Assembly: GCA_965112735.1 (NCBI GenBank)
Contig: OZ218955.1
Span: 3,782,001-3,846,000, forward strand
Direction of reading: 5' to 3'
Length of the DNA: 64,000 bases
Source: Phaeosaccion multiseriatum
Lineage: Eukaryota; Protista; Ochrophyta, other classes
Each line of letters starts with the position of its first letter. The stretch's first letter is position 1. Shown here piece after piece: positions 36,936-47,915 of this stretch. The notes beneath the pieces are model-generated. The model was given only the letters and a program-made list of their open reading frames with translations, was not told the origin of the DNA and did not search any database. Made by a program: the position numbers and the translations under genes.

Positions 36936-38199
36936 GGGGATGGCAGTGGATGGCAGTACGCACTGAGGATGGCAGTGGGCAGACGAACCCACCCCTCGAG
37001 GAGGCCGAGTGCTCACACTCACACTGGGCTGTTGCGCGTGGTGTATGGCTGTGAGGCCCCCACACCTCAGTGTCCCTCTTCGCCTCTTCGGAGGGAAGCG
37101 GAGGGAAAGGGGGAGAGACAAAGAAGGGACTTGCTACTCGGAGCCGAGCCAAAGGCCCACCAGAGGTGTGTCAAGGCCCACCAGAGGTGTGTGCGGGCGC
37201 GTGCGTGTGCATGAGTGCGTGCGTTCGAGAGTGGAAGAGAAGCGGGGAGCGAGATAAAGTCGAAGGGCATTTCTCCCAAACCTTTCTTCATGTCACGCGA
37301 GAGCGGGAATGAAGGAGAGGAGGAGGAGGAGGAGGAGGAGGAGGAGGAGGAGGAGGAGGACGCAAGGGGGCGAACGCGGCGCGCAACAAGAGCAGCAAGA
37401 TGATGACAGATGGCGCTCTCGAGTGCTGTGACCGAAGGGCGACACATCGGCCATGAGGGGCGACGAGCGATGAGCGATGAGCGATGCCGATGGGTTATGT
37501 AGCGCACGGGTGGGAGGCGCATACACGCATGCACGCACACACGCACGCACACACGCACGCACGCACCGGAGGGGGCTCCAGTATTATTATGGGAGTGAAG
37601 AGGGGTGGAAGGAGGGGTGGAAGGAGGGGTGGAAGGAGGTCGGTAGGTGCAGATAGAAGAGAGAGAGAGGGAGAGAGGACGAGAGAGAGAGGGTCTTTCC
37701 GAACGGGACTAGTGTAGGCAGCAGCTTGAGAAGTGGCAATAGGGGGGGGATTTAATGGAGAGAGAGAGCGCACAGGAAGGTATTGGTACCTCAGCTGCCC
37801 GACTAATGGGGGGGCAGAGGGGGGACAGGGGGGACAAGGACAGGGACGGTCAGCGTGGTATGGGCGGTGGTGCGAGCTGTGGAAGAAGGCACTTCAAGAT
37901 ACGTTTCAACTGATTTCTGATTTCAGATTAATTTTCATTTGAATTGAATTGCCAGTTTCCCTCTCGTAAATGTCTTTCTTTCTCTATGTTGATTGTAGGT
38001 AGCTGAGCACAGGCGTGTCTCTCTCTCCTATTGGCCGGGGAGTTAAGCTCTTTGCTGAGCACGTTCTGAATCCACGAGCCTCGCGCCTAGCCCAAGCCCA
38101 AGCAGTTGTGGCGCTGGCCGGCTGCGGGCCCTGCTGCTACTGCCCATGTGACTGCTGCTACTGCTGCTGGTGTCAGGACTGCCACCCATATGACCCTGA

Positions 38200-38785
38200 C
38201 TAGCGCCCATACGACTGCTGCCCATAGGACTGCTGCTGGCTGCCGACACGCTTCCTCCCCCCCTTGCCACACCCTGCCTCGGAGGCCTCTTTGCTCCTGC
38301 CGCCGTGCGGGCTGCCCATATGACTGGTGCTGCTACCACTCAACCCCCTGGAGATAAATGAGCCCCTCTTGCTGCTGCTGCTGCTGCCGCTGATGGTGGG
38401 GCTACTGTTGTCCTCAGGAAAGTCCTTCTCGGGGCCCCTAGCAGAGCCAGAGGGCGAGTGGATGGCAGCTGAAGGCGATGGTGAGGGCGCTGGTGAGGGC
38501 GTGACCAGTCCGCCGTACTGCCTAGGCCTGGGCCGCCCGTCTGGTCCTCGGAAGTCAAAGCTCTGCTGCCCCGACTGCTCGCTGTCCTCACTGCTGTGCC
38601 GACTGAGACGGAGACTGAGGGGGCAAGGAGCCGGCATGGCATGGCATGGCACCACCACATGGCTGTCATCGCTCTCGTCTCTCTCGTTTCTCTCCTCCTG
38701 TGGAGGCCGAGGAGAGGACCCGCCACGCTTGCTGCTACTGCCCATATGACTGTTCCTGCTCCTCCTCCTCCTCCTCCTCCTCCTC

Positions 38786-38835
<50 letters not shown>

Positions 38836-39079
38836 CCCTCTTCTCTCCGGCCTCTCGTTGTTGGCCGGGCTGGCCGCTCGGCACTTCCTCGTGGCCGTGG
38901 AGCGGGGGGGTTGGTTTCTGTAGTCGTCATGGTTGTTCATCTGCGGCTCGGCCCAGCCATCATCATCGTCCTCGTTGCCTAGGCCTGGGCCGTGCCTGCT
39001 TCCGTGCTGCTCATCGTCGTCGTCAGAGTCAAATTGCCTCCTGTCGCCGTCGACACTGCTGCTGCTGCTGTTGTTGCTG

Positions 39080-39126
<47 letters not shown>

Positions 39127-41088
39127 ACCGCTGCTGTTGCTGCTAGTGCTAGTGCCGCTGCTGCTGTTACTGTGGGTACTGCTGCCCAAGCCGCCCCTAC
39201 TGCTTGGCGGCTGCTGCTGATCCGCCCCCTTGCCCCTCCTCTTGCCCCCGTGAGGGACCAACACCTCAACGTTAGGGGCGTTAACTTCCCACTCGTCGAA
39301 CCCCCCCCCGCCTGCGTGGCAGTTAACATGGCCGTGAAAATGGCCATGCATGTGGCGATTGGTGGGCCTTCGTCGAGGCATACTCGGAGACGAACACGGC
39401 GGCTCGTCTCGCCTCCTGCCACCTCCACCCCCGTCTTTGTCTCTGTCTCTGTCTCTGTCCCTCTGCTCCCCCAGGCGGTAGTGCTCTCCTGACACCTCGT
39501 AGCCCCCCCCCCCGCGACACACATCATCAGCCGAGGCCCTCCTCTCCTGCCGAGCCTCCCTGCTCACATCCCTCGAACGGCTCAACCCCCTCCGGCTGCT
39601 GCTGCCCATATGACTGCTGCTGCTGCTGCTGCTGCTGCTCCTGCCGCTCTGCTGCGGTGCTGCTGTGTCCGCGCTGTCTCCCCATCTGCCATCGTGCTGC
39701 TCGAAATCCTCATCGTCGCTCTCTCCCGCAAAGTCGAGCACCAGGGACTCGTTCTTCCTCACGGCGGGCCTCCGGCTCTTTGGGGGCTTGCTGTTGCTGC
39801 CGACGACGCACGGCGAAAGCGCGCCAGAATTCCCATCCCCACTCCCGCTGCTCGCACTTCCCTTGCCCTTACTGGCACCGCTGCTGTTGCTGCGTGCGCT
39901 ATTACTGCCACCACCTTCGCCTTCGGCCTTCAGCCGCCGCGGTGTGGAGCGCTGTGTCACCATCGGGGGCTGCTGCTGCTCGTTCGACTGGTCCCGAGCG
40001 GCCGAGTAGGCTCGTATGTGTGTGGAGATGCTCGACATTGAGCCCGAGCTGCTGTCCTCTGTCTTCCTCCCCGTGCTCGCCCTGCTGCCGCACGAGCTTC
40101 GACTCATGCCGCTGGCGGTGCTGGGGGTGCTGACATTGCTCCTTCCACTCACCTCGTCCTCCTCCTCGTCCTCCTGCTGCTGCGGCACCTCCTCCTGCTG
40201 CACCCGACTGCTTCTCCTGCGTGCCTTCTTCTTCCAGCTGTTGCCCATATGACTGTTCGGCTGAGGCCACTGGCGGTACGTCGGGAGGGGCCTGCCGCCC
40301 ATGTGACCTCCGGTGCGGCGGCCGTTACTCCTGTCTTGGCCGTCGTCCTCCGTGAATGACCGGCGAGGAGAAGACCCCTGCGGCGCACACCCCACCGCGC
40401 ACACCTCGGTGGCGGTGGTGGTACTGCTCGAGTGGGGGGGGGGCGAAGGCGTGAGCTTGGAGCTCCCCCCCGAGGAGCTGTGGTGCCCTTCTTGTCCACT
40501 GCCACACCCAGGTCCCAACACTCCTCCTTTCCCTCCTTCTCCTCCTTCTGTGGCCTTTGCTCCTCCACCGCCTCTGCCTCCACCGCTGCCACTGGTAATA
40601 ATACTGTTGCTGCGGCTGCCTCCTGCCCCTCCCCTGGCAGCCAGCTTCACAGGAACCTTCTTGCCGCAGGGAGGGCCCTGAATGGTTCCTCCCTTGATGA
40701 GATCCATTTGCAGCACCACGCCGCGCATCCAGCGGGCTACATCCCTCCCGTTCTCCGCCCTTAGCAGCAGGCTCCTTTCCTCCGTGATGAGTATAAAGCT
40801 AAAGGTGCCCTGCCCCCCGGCCTCGAACCGTCGCGCACTCGCAATGTCGGCGAGGGATATCCGCCCGTTCTCCTCCACCGAGGTGGGGGACTTGTACCAG
40901 ACGAGCGCGCCCTCCGTCACCACGAACCAGCGACGTGTCCATGTGCTCATGAATTTCCGATGGGCCCTCTTCATCTTGAGCAGCCAGCCACAGATGGCAA
41001 TGGGCTCGTCCGAACCAGAGGGCGTGTTTTGACCCACCTCATCTGCCCAGGACCTTCCCGTCTGTCCCCAGGCAATGGGGAGATTCAT
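38200..41088 (-). CDS. PH-domain protein with long S/G/R-rich disordered tail (start may extend upstream to ~41274 or further exons)
   Basis: ICGWLLKMK...WTRRWFVV...LVWYKS...GRISL...FSFILITEERSLLLRAENGRDVARWMRGV within a 1024-codon open frame. Confidence 0.85.
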
Positions 41089-41901
41089 GCTGCTGCGGGG
41101 GCTGCTGCTACTACTGCTACGACTGCGGGGACTCTCCCCTGGGTGATGATGGCACTGTGCCTGTGTGCGTGTGCCTTCCCCCGTTGCCCCGCGCTGGCCG
41201 TGGTCCAGAGACACCTTGAAACGAGAAGCCCCAAGCTCTGAAGCCGCACCTCCGCTTGCTATTTCCTGCACCACAGCATTAACCCTTTATCCCCACCCCC
41301 ACAATGTCAGTCCTACCCTTCCTCATCTCGTAGCAGGAAGGAACCAACAAGGTGAACCCCTCACGCCCTCAGTCGCTGATGGACGGAGAGAGTGAGGGTG
41401 GCAGACGAGGCTCAAGACTCGCGAAACGTCGGTGGGCGCCCTTCAGAACGACAGGTTTCTCGCGAGTGCTGTGCCCAGAAACAGTGCTCCGGTCTGTTTC
41501 GTGAACCCTCGGAGTGGCGCTTCTCCTCCCCCTCCTTTCTCAGCCGTCCTAATCGACCCGAACACCTCAAAGGGCCCTGCTGAGACCCTGTTGCTGCTGC
41601 TGCTGATGCTGCTGCTCCTCCTCCTCCTCCTCCTCCTGCTGCTGCTGCTGCTGCTGCGCCCTTCAGCTACAAGCACTCTCTGGGGGGGGGGGGACACACG
41701 CAATACACACGCCTCGCAGAGAAAGGTTTTCATACGACGGTTTCGTTTTTTGGGTTTTTGGCACACACTGGCTCCAGTGGAGGCCGAGGAGGTTAAAAGG
41801 GCGGGTTTCGTGAAGCACCCAACGTCAGGTCTGCAAGGAGGACGTCAGGTCTCATCTAGAAGTGTGGTTCCCTCAGGCAGGGGCAGTGGAGCGGAGGAGG
41901 C

Positions 41902-44511
41902 ATGGGGTGCGCGAGCAGTAAATCAGCAGGAGGGGCAGCCCTTGGACCATCCAGGCCTTCCACAGTAGGGAAGGGAGAGGGGGGGGATGCGGCGGGCATA
42001 ATATTGCAGCCAAAGCCTCCGCTCTCCCCCCTCTCCGACACGAGTCCGCATACCGCCAAAACCGTCCCATCGCCTGGGGCTGCTACCGCTGACAGGAGGA
42101 GCACAAGAGAGGGTGAGGGAGCAGAGAAAGGCCGAGGCTTGTTTGCGGACACCAAAAAGGGAGAGGGGGTGCACAGCGACCCCAACGCCCCGCGCATAGG
42201 CCAGCTCACGCGAGGAGGAAGGAGGAACTCCGCGGAGGTCAGAGAAGCCCCCGCCCTGCCCCTGGCCTCGACTTCGAAGCTTATCCAGGCCGGCCCCACC
42301 GACCCAAGCGATGGTCGGGCGGCGTCACCTGCGGGCACAGGAGTCGGAGGGCGACGGGGAAGCACCTTGGCTAGACTGACTGTGAGGGGCCCTGGACGGT
42401 TGCAGGAGGGCTGGAAACAAATCCACGCGGCGGTGGAGAGCGGCTCGGTGGAGGCCGTGGCGGCCGAGCTAAAGTGCATGGAAGTCAAGAAGGAGGTGAG
42501 GAGCAGCCAAGGTCGCTCTCTGCCTGTATTTATCACTTTCTTGCCGTATCTCTCTTTCTCTCTCCCTGTCTCTCCCCGTCTCTGCCCCTCTTTCCCTCTT
42601 TTCTCTCTTTTTCTCTTCTCTCTTCTCTCTCCCCCCTCTCTCTCTCTCTCTCTCTCTTTCTCGTTCTCTTTTGCTAGCTCGTTCTCCCTCCCTGCCCCCT
42701 CCCCCCTCCCCTGCTCCCCACGCGAGCACAACAGTCACCTGCCCCTCCTCCTCCCTACTCGTTCCCAAGCCCTCATCCGCCCCTCCCCCTCCTCCCCCCA
42801 CCGGTCCCTCACTGACACTCCCCCCCCCCCAGACGGACCCCAAGCTCACTCGAGTCAACGCCAAGACCGCAGACACACACGGATACACACCTCTCCTCCT
42901 CGCGGCCCGAGGGGGCAGAGTGGCCATCATCAACCTGCTCCTGACCCACGGGGCCCGGGTGGGCGTGGCCGACAACAGCGGTTTCACCCCCTTGCACGCT
43001 GCTGCACAAGCCGGTCACACAGGCACGAATCCCTCGCCCCAAACCTTCGCCCCTCCCTCCTTCTTTGTACTTGGGAATCAATCCTGCCATCTCGTTTGCT
43101 GCCAGTGTTTGCTCACCGCGCACCTTCCACCTTTTCCTCCTTCTGGTCCGGACGGCCGAGAATGGGGGGGGGGGGGTTGTACTCATACCCCTCATCTCAA
43201 TACACTCATGTCCACCGCCTCTCCCTACACTTTCGCCCTTGCCCTCTGTCCGCCCGCCCTCCCGTCCCTGTAACCGTCGGTACCTGCCCCCCCCCGTCCC
43301 CTCGGTCTCCTTCCCACGTGTCGCACATTGCTCTAACTTTGAATCTCATCCTCCCTTGTTTTCTTTCCCTGCGCGTGCGTGCGTGCGTGCGTGCGTACGT
43401 GCGTGCGTGCTTCGCTTCCCCCTCAGACGTGGCGTCCATCCTAATCGACGCCGGAGCGGACTTGGAGGCCGGCACATACACCGCCGGAGAGGAAGGTGGA
43501 GAGGGAGGCAAGACGCCTCTGCTGTGTGCGGTGGAGAGCGGACAGGCTGAGATGGTGGAGCTGCTGCTGGAGAACCTTGCGCAGCTCGGGGGAGGGTTGC
43601 TCAGCGCTGCGGCCGCTCAGGGAGACGAAGAGGTAAGGAAGGGTTGGAGAGATGGACGAGGAGGGAGGGAGGGCGGGGTGGGGTGGGGAGATGAAAAGGA
43701 GGAGGAGTGGGGCCAAGCGGCACACACAGACGGCCCCTGTCTGCTACGTACACGCACAGTGCGGCAGCATTCTTCCATTCTTCCATTCTTCCATTCTTCC
43801 ATTCTTCCATTCTTCCAGCGCTGGGGTGGGACTGAGAGTCCATCTTCTCTTGCCTCACCTCTCACCGTCCCCCTCTATCTTGTGTAGGTCCTTGAGGTGC
43901 TGCTCATGTTCAAGAGCTCTCTTGAGCTCGACGAGAAGGACGACAAAGGGAGGAGCCCCTTGCACCTCGCGGCAGAGAGGGGCCACCTGGGCGCCACCAA
44001 GCAGCTCCTGCAGAAGGTACGTGGGCACACGGAGGCATGCGGGAGGCATACGGGAGGGAAGCCGTTACGCCTATTTAAGACATGCGTCTTTTGCTTGGGG
44101 GGAAGGGACGGCACGAAGGAGATGAAAGCAGTGAAGGAACACCTTAGTCAGAGTGGCAGAGCGCCAGACAGTGCCTCGCTTGTTGACATTGGGCTTCCTC
44201 CCTCCCCCCCAAGAAACACCCCCACCATTCTCATTCGTTCGTTCGTTCGTTCTTTCGTTCGTGGACAGGGTGCGACCATCGACCTGGAGGCCAGCGACGG
44301 CAGCACCCCCCTCGGGGCGGCGTGCTTCAACGGACACTCCTCTGTGGTGCAGCTGCTGCTCTCCCGGGGGGCCAAGGTCGACAACAGAGACGGCGGGCAG
44401 GACCCGGGGGGGGAGGACGCAGGGGGGGGCGGGCTCGGAGATACCTTCTCAGAGGACGTGAGGGAGGAGGGGCAGAGGGAGATCAAAGCTCTGCTGCAAG
44501 TGCGGAGATGA
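41902..44511 (+). CDS. Ankyrin-repeat protein with N-terminal MGCASS acylation motif; ~5 exons
   Basis: GYTPLLLAARGG, GFTPLHAAAQAGH, GKTPLLCAVESGQ, GRSPLHLAAERGH, GSTPLGAACFNGH. Confidence 0.88.
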
Positions 44512-44665
44512 GCAGGGAGAGAGAGATGGCAGCGGACGCTCAAAGGGAACACTGCCACGGGAGGGATGGCTGGGGATGGCAGAGGATGGCACGGGGCGGT
44601 CGAGGATGTCAACTTCCGTGTGGAAGGGGGTCGTCCTTAGAGCGCCCCCTGTGTGACACGTGTGA

Positions 44666-44813
44666 CACTTGCTTGCCATGCCAGGGTGGAGACACTCTTT
44701 TCACTTGCTTGCCATGCCAGGGTGGAGACACTCTTTTCACTTGCTTGCCATGCCAGGGTGGAGACACTCTTTTCACATGCCAGGGTGGAGACACTCTTTT
44801 CACATGCACCAAC
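44666..44813. repeat. 36-bp minisatellite (CACTTGCTTGCCATGCCAGGGTGGAGACACTCTTTT) x ~4, last copy deleted internally
   Basis: Direct tandem copies downstream of the ankyrin gene. Confidence 0.95.
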
Positions 44814-45289
44814 TCCTCATGAATCACTGCCTGTTAATAACCACATATAAAAAGCGTACGACTGTAATCCTGCTCTCCACACACACTTTCAGTTTCTTTG
44901 AATTGTGGGTGACTCCTACAAGTCAATAAAGTAGCTCTACATGGTGGTTGTGTCTCATCTGCTACTCTTTTTACCTTTCTATCGTTCCTGTATTTCTGAA
45001 TAGGTCCACGGCAATACATGACAGCTTCATTGACGCTTGGTTCACACCAACCGCCGCTCTGCATGCGAGTTTCATGCCTAAAGCGCGAGTAATCATTGCC
45101 TGCTTGCCTGCTTCGCCGCACACATCCGGGGGCCGACCACGCACCCCTCAGCCCCCTTCAATCTGCCCTTCAATCTGCCAGCACCCCTAATCCTTTCCTT
45201 CTGCTCCACTCGTGTCTCGCGGAGACGCCCTGGTGTCGTTTGTACGAGATGCGCCGCCACTGCCTTCTCTGGCGGACTTGGACCCGCAT

Positions 45290-46291
45290 TCAGTCCTCGT
45301 CGCAGTCGCAGGGGTGTCCATTGGCATGTACCCACTGCTTAATCTCTTCGACAGTATCGGCGCCGATGGTGTCCCATCCGTGATTATTCATATGTCGATA
45401 CAAGCGCTTGTCCATGATGACCTGTGGACACGAGCACGCGTCCCATGCGCACTGCACTGCCTCTGATCGGAGCCACTTGAGTGTAGCGAGACTCTTGGCC
45501 CCCTTAACTGCCCACTGACAGACATCCTCATCCCAGTGAGAGAGGTGGCGGTGGGCGTTGGCGTGGAGGAGCCGCAGCACCTCAAGACGTCCCTTCATCG
45601 CAGCGCACTCAGCTCCAAGGCGCCAATCACCTGTCGCTGTAGGATCTTCCAGCAAAGCTCTCGTGCGAGGATGATGGAGAACGTACTCCACGGCGGGAAA
45701 GCACCCCCCCGCACAAAGTAGGTGCCAAGTCATGGGGTAGAATTCAGCGTTCCCTTCCTCCGATAGCAGCCACTCTAATATCTCGAGATTCCCCTCCTCT
45801 CCTGCGTCGCTCACAATATCATCTATACCCCAAGGACACCTCTCCTTTTCGGGAAGATGTTCGGATCGCAGCCATTGGAGCATGCTCAGCCCATGCTTCT
45901 TGTTCGGTAAAGTATTAAAACACACCTCCTCACTCCAGGGACAGCCGTTGCCGTGGAGGGCCTTGCACACTTCGACATCGCCATGTCTGGCAGCGGCCTC
46001 AAAAGTTCCCACAGTCAGTTTACACCCGAAGCGCTTCGCCCATTGCACGCGCTCGACAGACTCCACCACACTGAGCTCGGACGTCGTCTTGGCGGGGTGT
46101 GCACGTCTGTAGTGGTCCTTCCACTCCCTGCTCACCGTCGCTAAGAAGGCGTCATGACCTTCGCCAACACCGTCCATGACTTTGCTCAGGATCTCAACCT
46201 GCGACAATGCCTGCTCACAGGCCTCAACGGTTGGCAACAATGGATGGTTCCTTCGCGCTCTTCCCCTCTTTCTGCTGCTGCTGTTGTCCAT
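45290..46291 (-). CDS. Intronless F-box-like/CPW-type ankyrin-like repeat protein, paralog A (333 aa)
   Basis: FLATVSREWK, AAARHGDVEVCKALHGNGCPW, LQWLRSE...CPW, GRLEVLRLLH, KQWVHANGHPC. Clearly paralogous to 46680-47672. Confidence 0.88.
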   Translation of the reverse strand: MDNSSSRKRGRARRNHPLLPTVEACEQALSQVEILSKVMDGVGEGHDAFLATVSREWKDHYRRAHPAKTTSELSVVESVERVQWAKRFGCKLTVGTFEAAARHGDVEVCKALHGNGCPWSEEVCFNTLPNKKHGLSMLQWLRSEHLPEKERCPWGIDDIVSDAGEEGNLEILEWLLSEEGNAEFYPMTWHLLCAGGCFPAVEYVLHHPRTRALLEDPTATGDWRLGAECAAMKGRLEVLRLLHANAHRHLSHWDEDVCQWAVKGAKSLATLKWLRSEAVQCAWDACSCPQVIMDKRLYRHMNNHGWDTIGADTVEEIKQWVHANGHPCDCDED

Positions 46292-46679
46292 TTCTCCGCC
46301 CTTTTTCAGCTATTCCCCAGGCACCCCTCTCCCCAGCTACGCTTGCCAGACAGAGTGAGTGAGTGTACACTCCTTTTTTTCTTTTTCCCCTTTTTTTTAC
46401 TGTACGAAAACTGTACACAAGTGGTCTAAAAGTAAAAGAAGGAGAGGGGTTTGGAGCGCTACGGCCAATCGCCGCCGAATGACGCAAACAGCTCTCGCAT
46501 AAGTACTAACAAAATTAGAGAAAAAGGCAGAACGAGCTCTCGTATACACGCTGAAGTAGGGCTGAACTCCCTGGGGAAAAAAAAAGAGAGGAAAAGGAAG
46601 GAGGCTGGGGCATGCAACAACACTGAGGAGGAACCCATATCTGCAGCAGGAGGAGAAGAAGAAGGAAGAGGAGAAGGAA

Positions 46680-47672
46680 ATGGGAGGAAATTGTGGGAGG
46701 GGTGCGGCTGAGAAGCCCAGCGAGGATGGAGGATCTGCTGTTTTGGAAGGAGAAGGGCGCGAGGTGCTATATGAAGCTTGCCACGGGACCTTGGCGCAGC
46801 TCGAGCTGCTCCAGGTCGTCATGGAGTACGTGGGTGGAGAAGGCTTCCTCTTTGTGGCGGGGACGAGTAAGGAGTGGAGGACCCGCTACGCCCATTTGTA
46901 CCCAGCCTTGAGGACGAGCCTGCTGTCTGTGGTCGCCTCTGTGGAGTGCGTGAGATGGGCGATACGCAAGGGCCTGGAGCTATCTGAGGAGGTCTTCAGA
47001 GCCGCTGCGAGGTGTGGGGATGTAGAAGTGTGTAAGGTTCTTCATGGCAAGAACTGCCCCTGGGATTGGAGCGTGTGTCAGGCAACGATGAGCAACGAGC
47101 AGCATGGCTTGAGCATTCTCCAATGGCTGCGATCCGAACATCTTCCCGAAAAGGAGAGGTGTCCATGGGATGAACGAATTTGTGACGTTGCCGGAAGGAA
47201 AGGGAAGCTGGAGATGTTAAAGTGGCTGCTTTCGGAGGAAGGAAATGCTCCCTTTGGAAGCCACGACTGGAATCGCGCCTGTCTGGAGGGGCGCGTTCCT
47301 GTGGTTGAGTGCCTGCTCAATCAACCCCGCACCAGAGCCTTGCTCGAACAGAATCAAGACGGTGTGTGGCGCAGTGGGGCCGAGTGGGCTGCTCAGAATG
47401 GTCACCTCGGGGTGCTGCAGCTCCTCCACGCCGATGCCCGCCACCTCTGCCATTGGACGATGGCGGTCTGTGAGAACGCAGTCCTTTGGGGCGGTAGCTT
47501 GGCAACACTCCAGTGGCTTCGATCAGAACAAGTGCAGTGTGCGTGGAGCGAATGGTCGTGCCCTCAGTTCGTCAGGGACAGAGGAGTACCTTCGAATATT
47601 GACGACGAAACCTTTGAGGAGATGAAGCAGTGGGTACACGCCAATGGGCACCCGTGCAACTGCGAAGACTGA
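46680..47672 (+). CDS. Intronless F-box-like/CPW-type ankyrin-like repeat protein, paralog B (330 aa)
   Basis: FVAGTSKEWR, AAARCGDVEVCKVLHGKNCPW, LQWLRSEHLPEKERCPW, GHLGVLQLLH, KQWVHANGHPC. Confidence 0.88.
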   Translation: MGGNCGRGAAEKPSEDGGSAVLEGEGREVLYEACHGTLAQLELLQVVMEYVGGEGFLFVAGTSKEWRTRYAHLYPALRTSLLSVVASVECVRWAIRKGLELSEEVFRAAARCGDVEVCKVLHGKNCPWDWSVCQATMSNEQHGLSILQWLRSEHLPEKERCPWDERICDVAGRKGKLEMLKWLLSEEGNAPFGSHDWNRACLEGRVPVVECLLNQPRTRALLEQNQDGVWRSGAEWAAQNGHLGVLQLLHADARHLCHWTMAVCENAVLWGGSLATLQWLRSEQVQCAWSEWSCPQFVRDRGVPSNIDDETFEEMKQWVHANGHPCNCED

Positions 47673-47915
47673 GGCGAGGGGATGGTCACGTGCAGGCAGA
47701 AGAGCGAGACGTGTGGTGGGGTGTGGGGTGTGGGGGCTTGAGGGGCTATTGGGGCGACTCAAAGGGCTCAGGGCTGAACACGCAGACAATCCTTAGATGC
47801 TTCCTCCATTAAATCCTTGCATGCAGACACTCTTAGATACATTACATGCTGAGTCAAGCTACCGACCGTTCTCCTCCTTGCCTTGCTTCATCTTCTCCTT
47901 GGAGACGGGACGCGG

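Noticed and set aside
44820-47900. The ankyrin-pair island as an intact transposon or provirus
   Set aside because: No terminal repeats, target duplication, transposase, integrase or viral core gene is visible.
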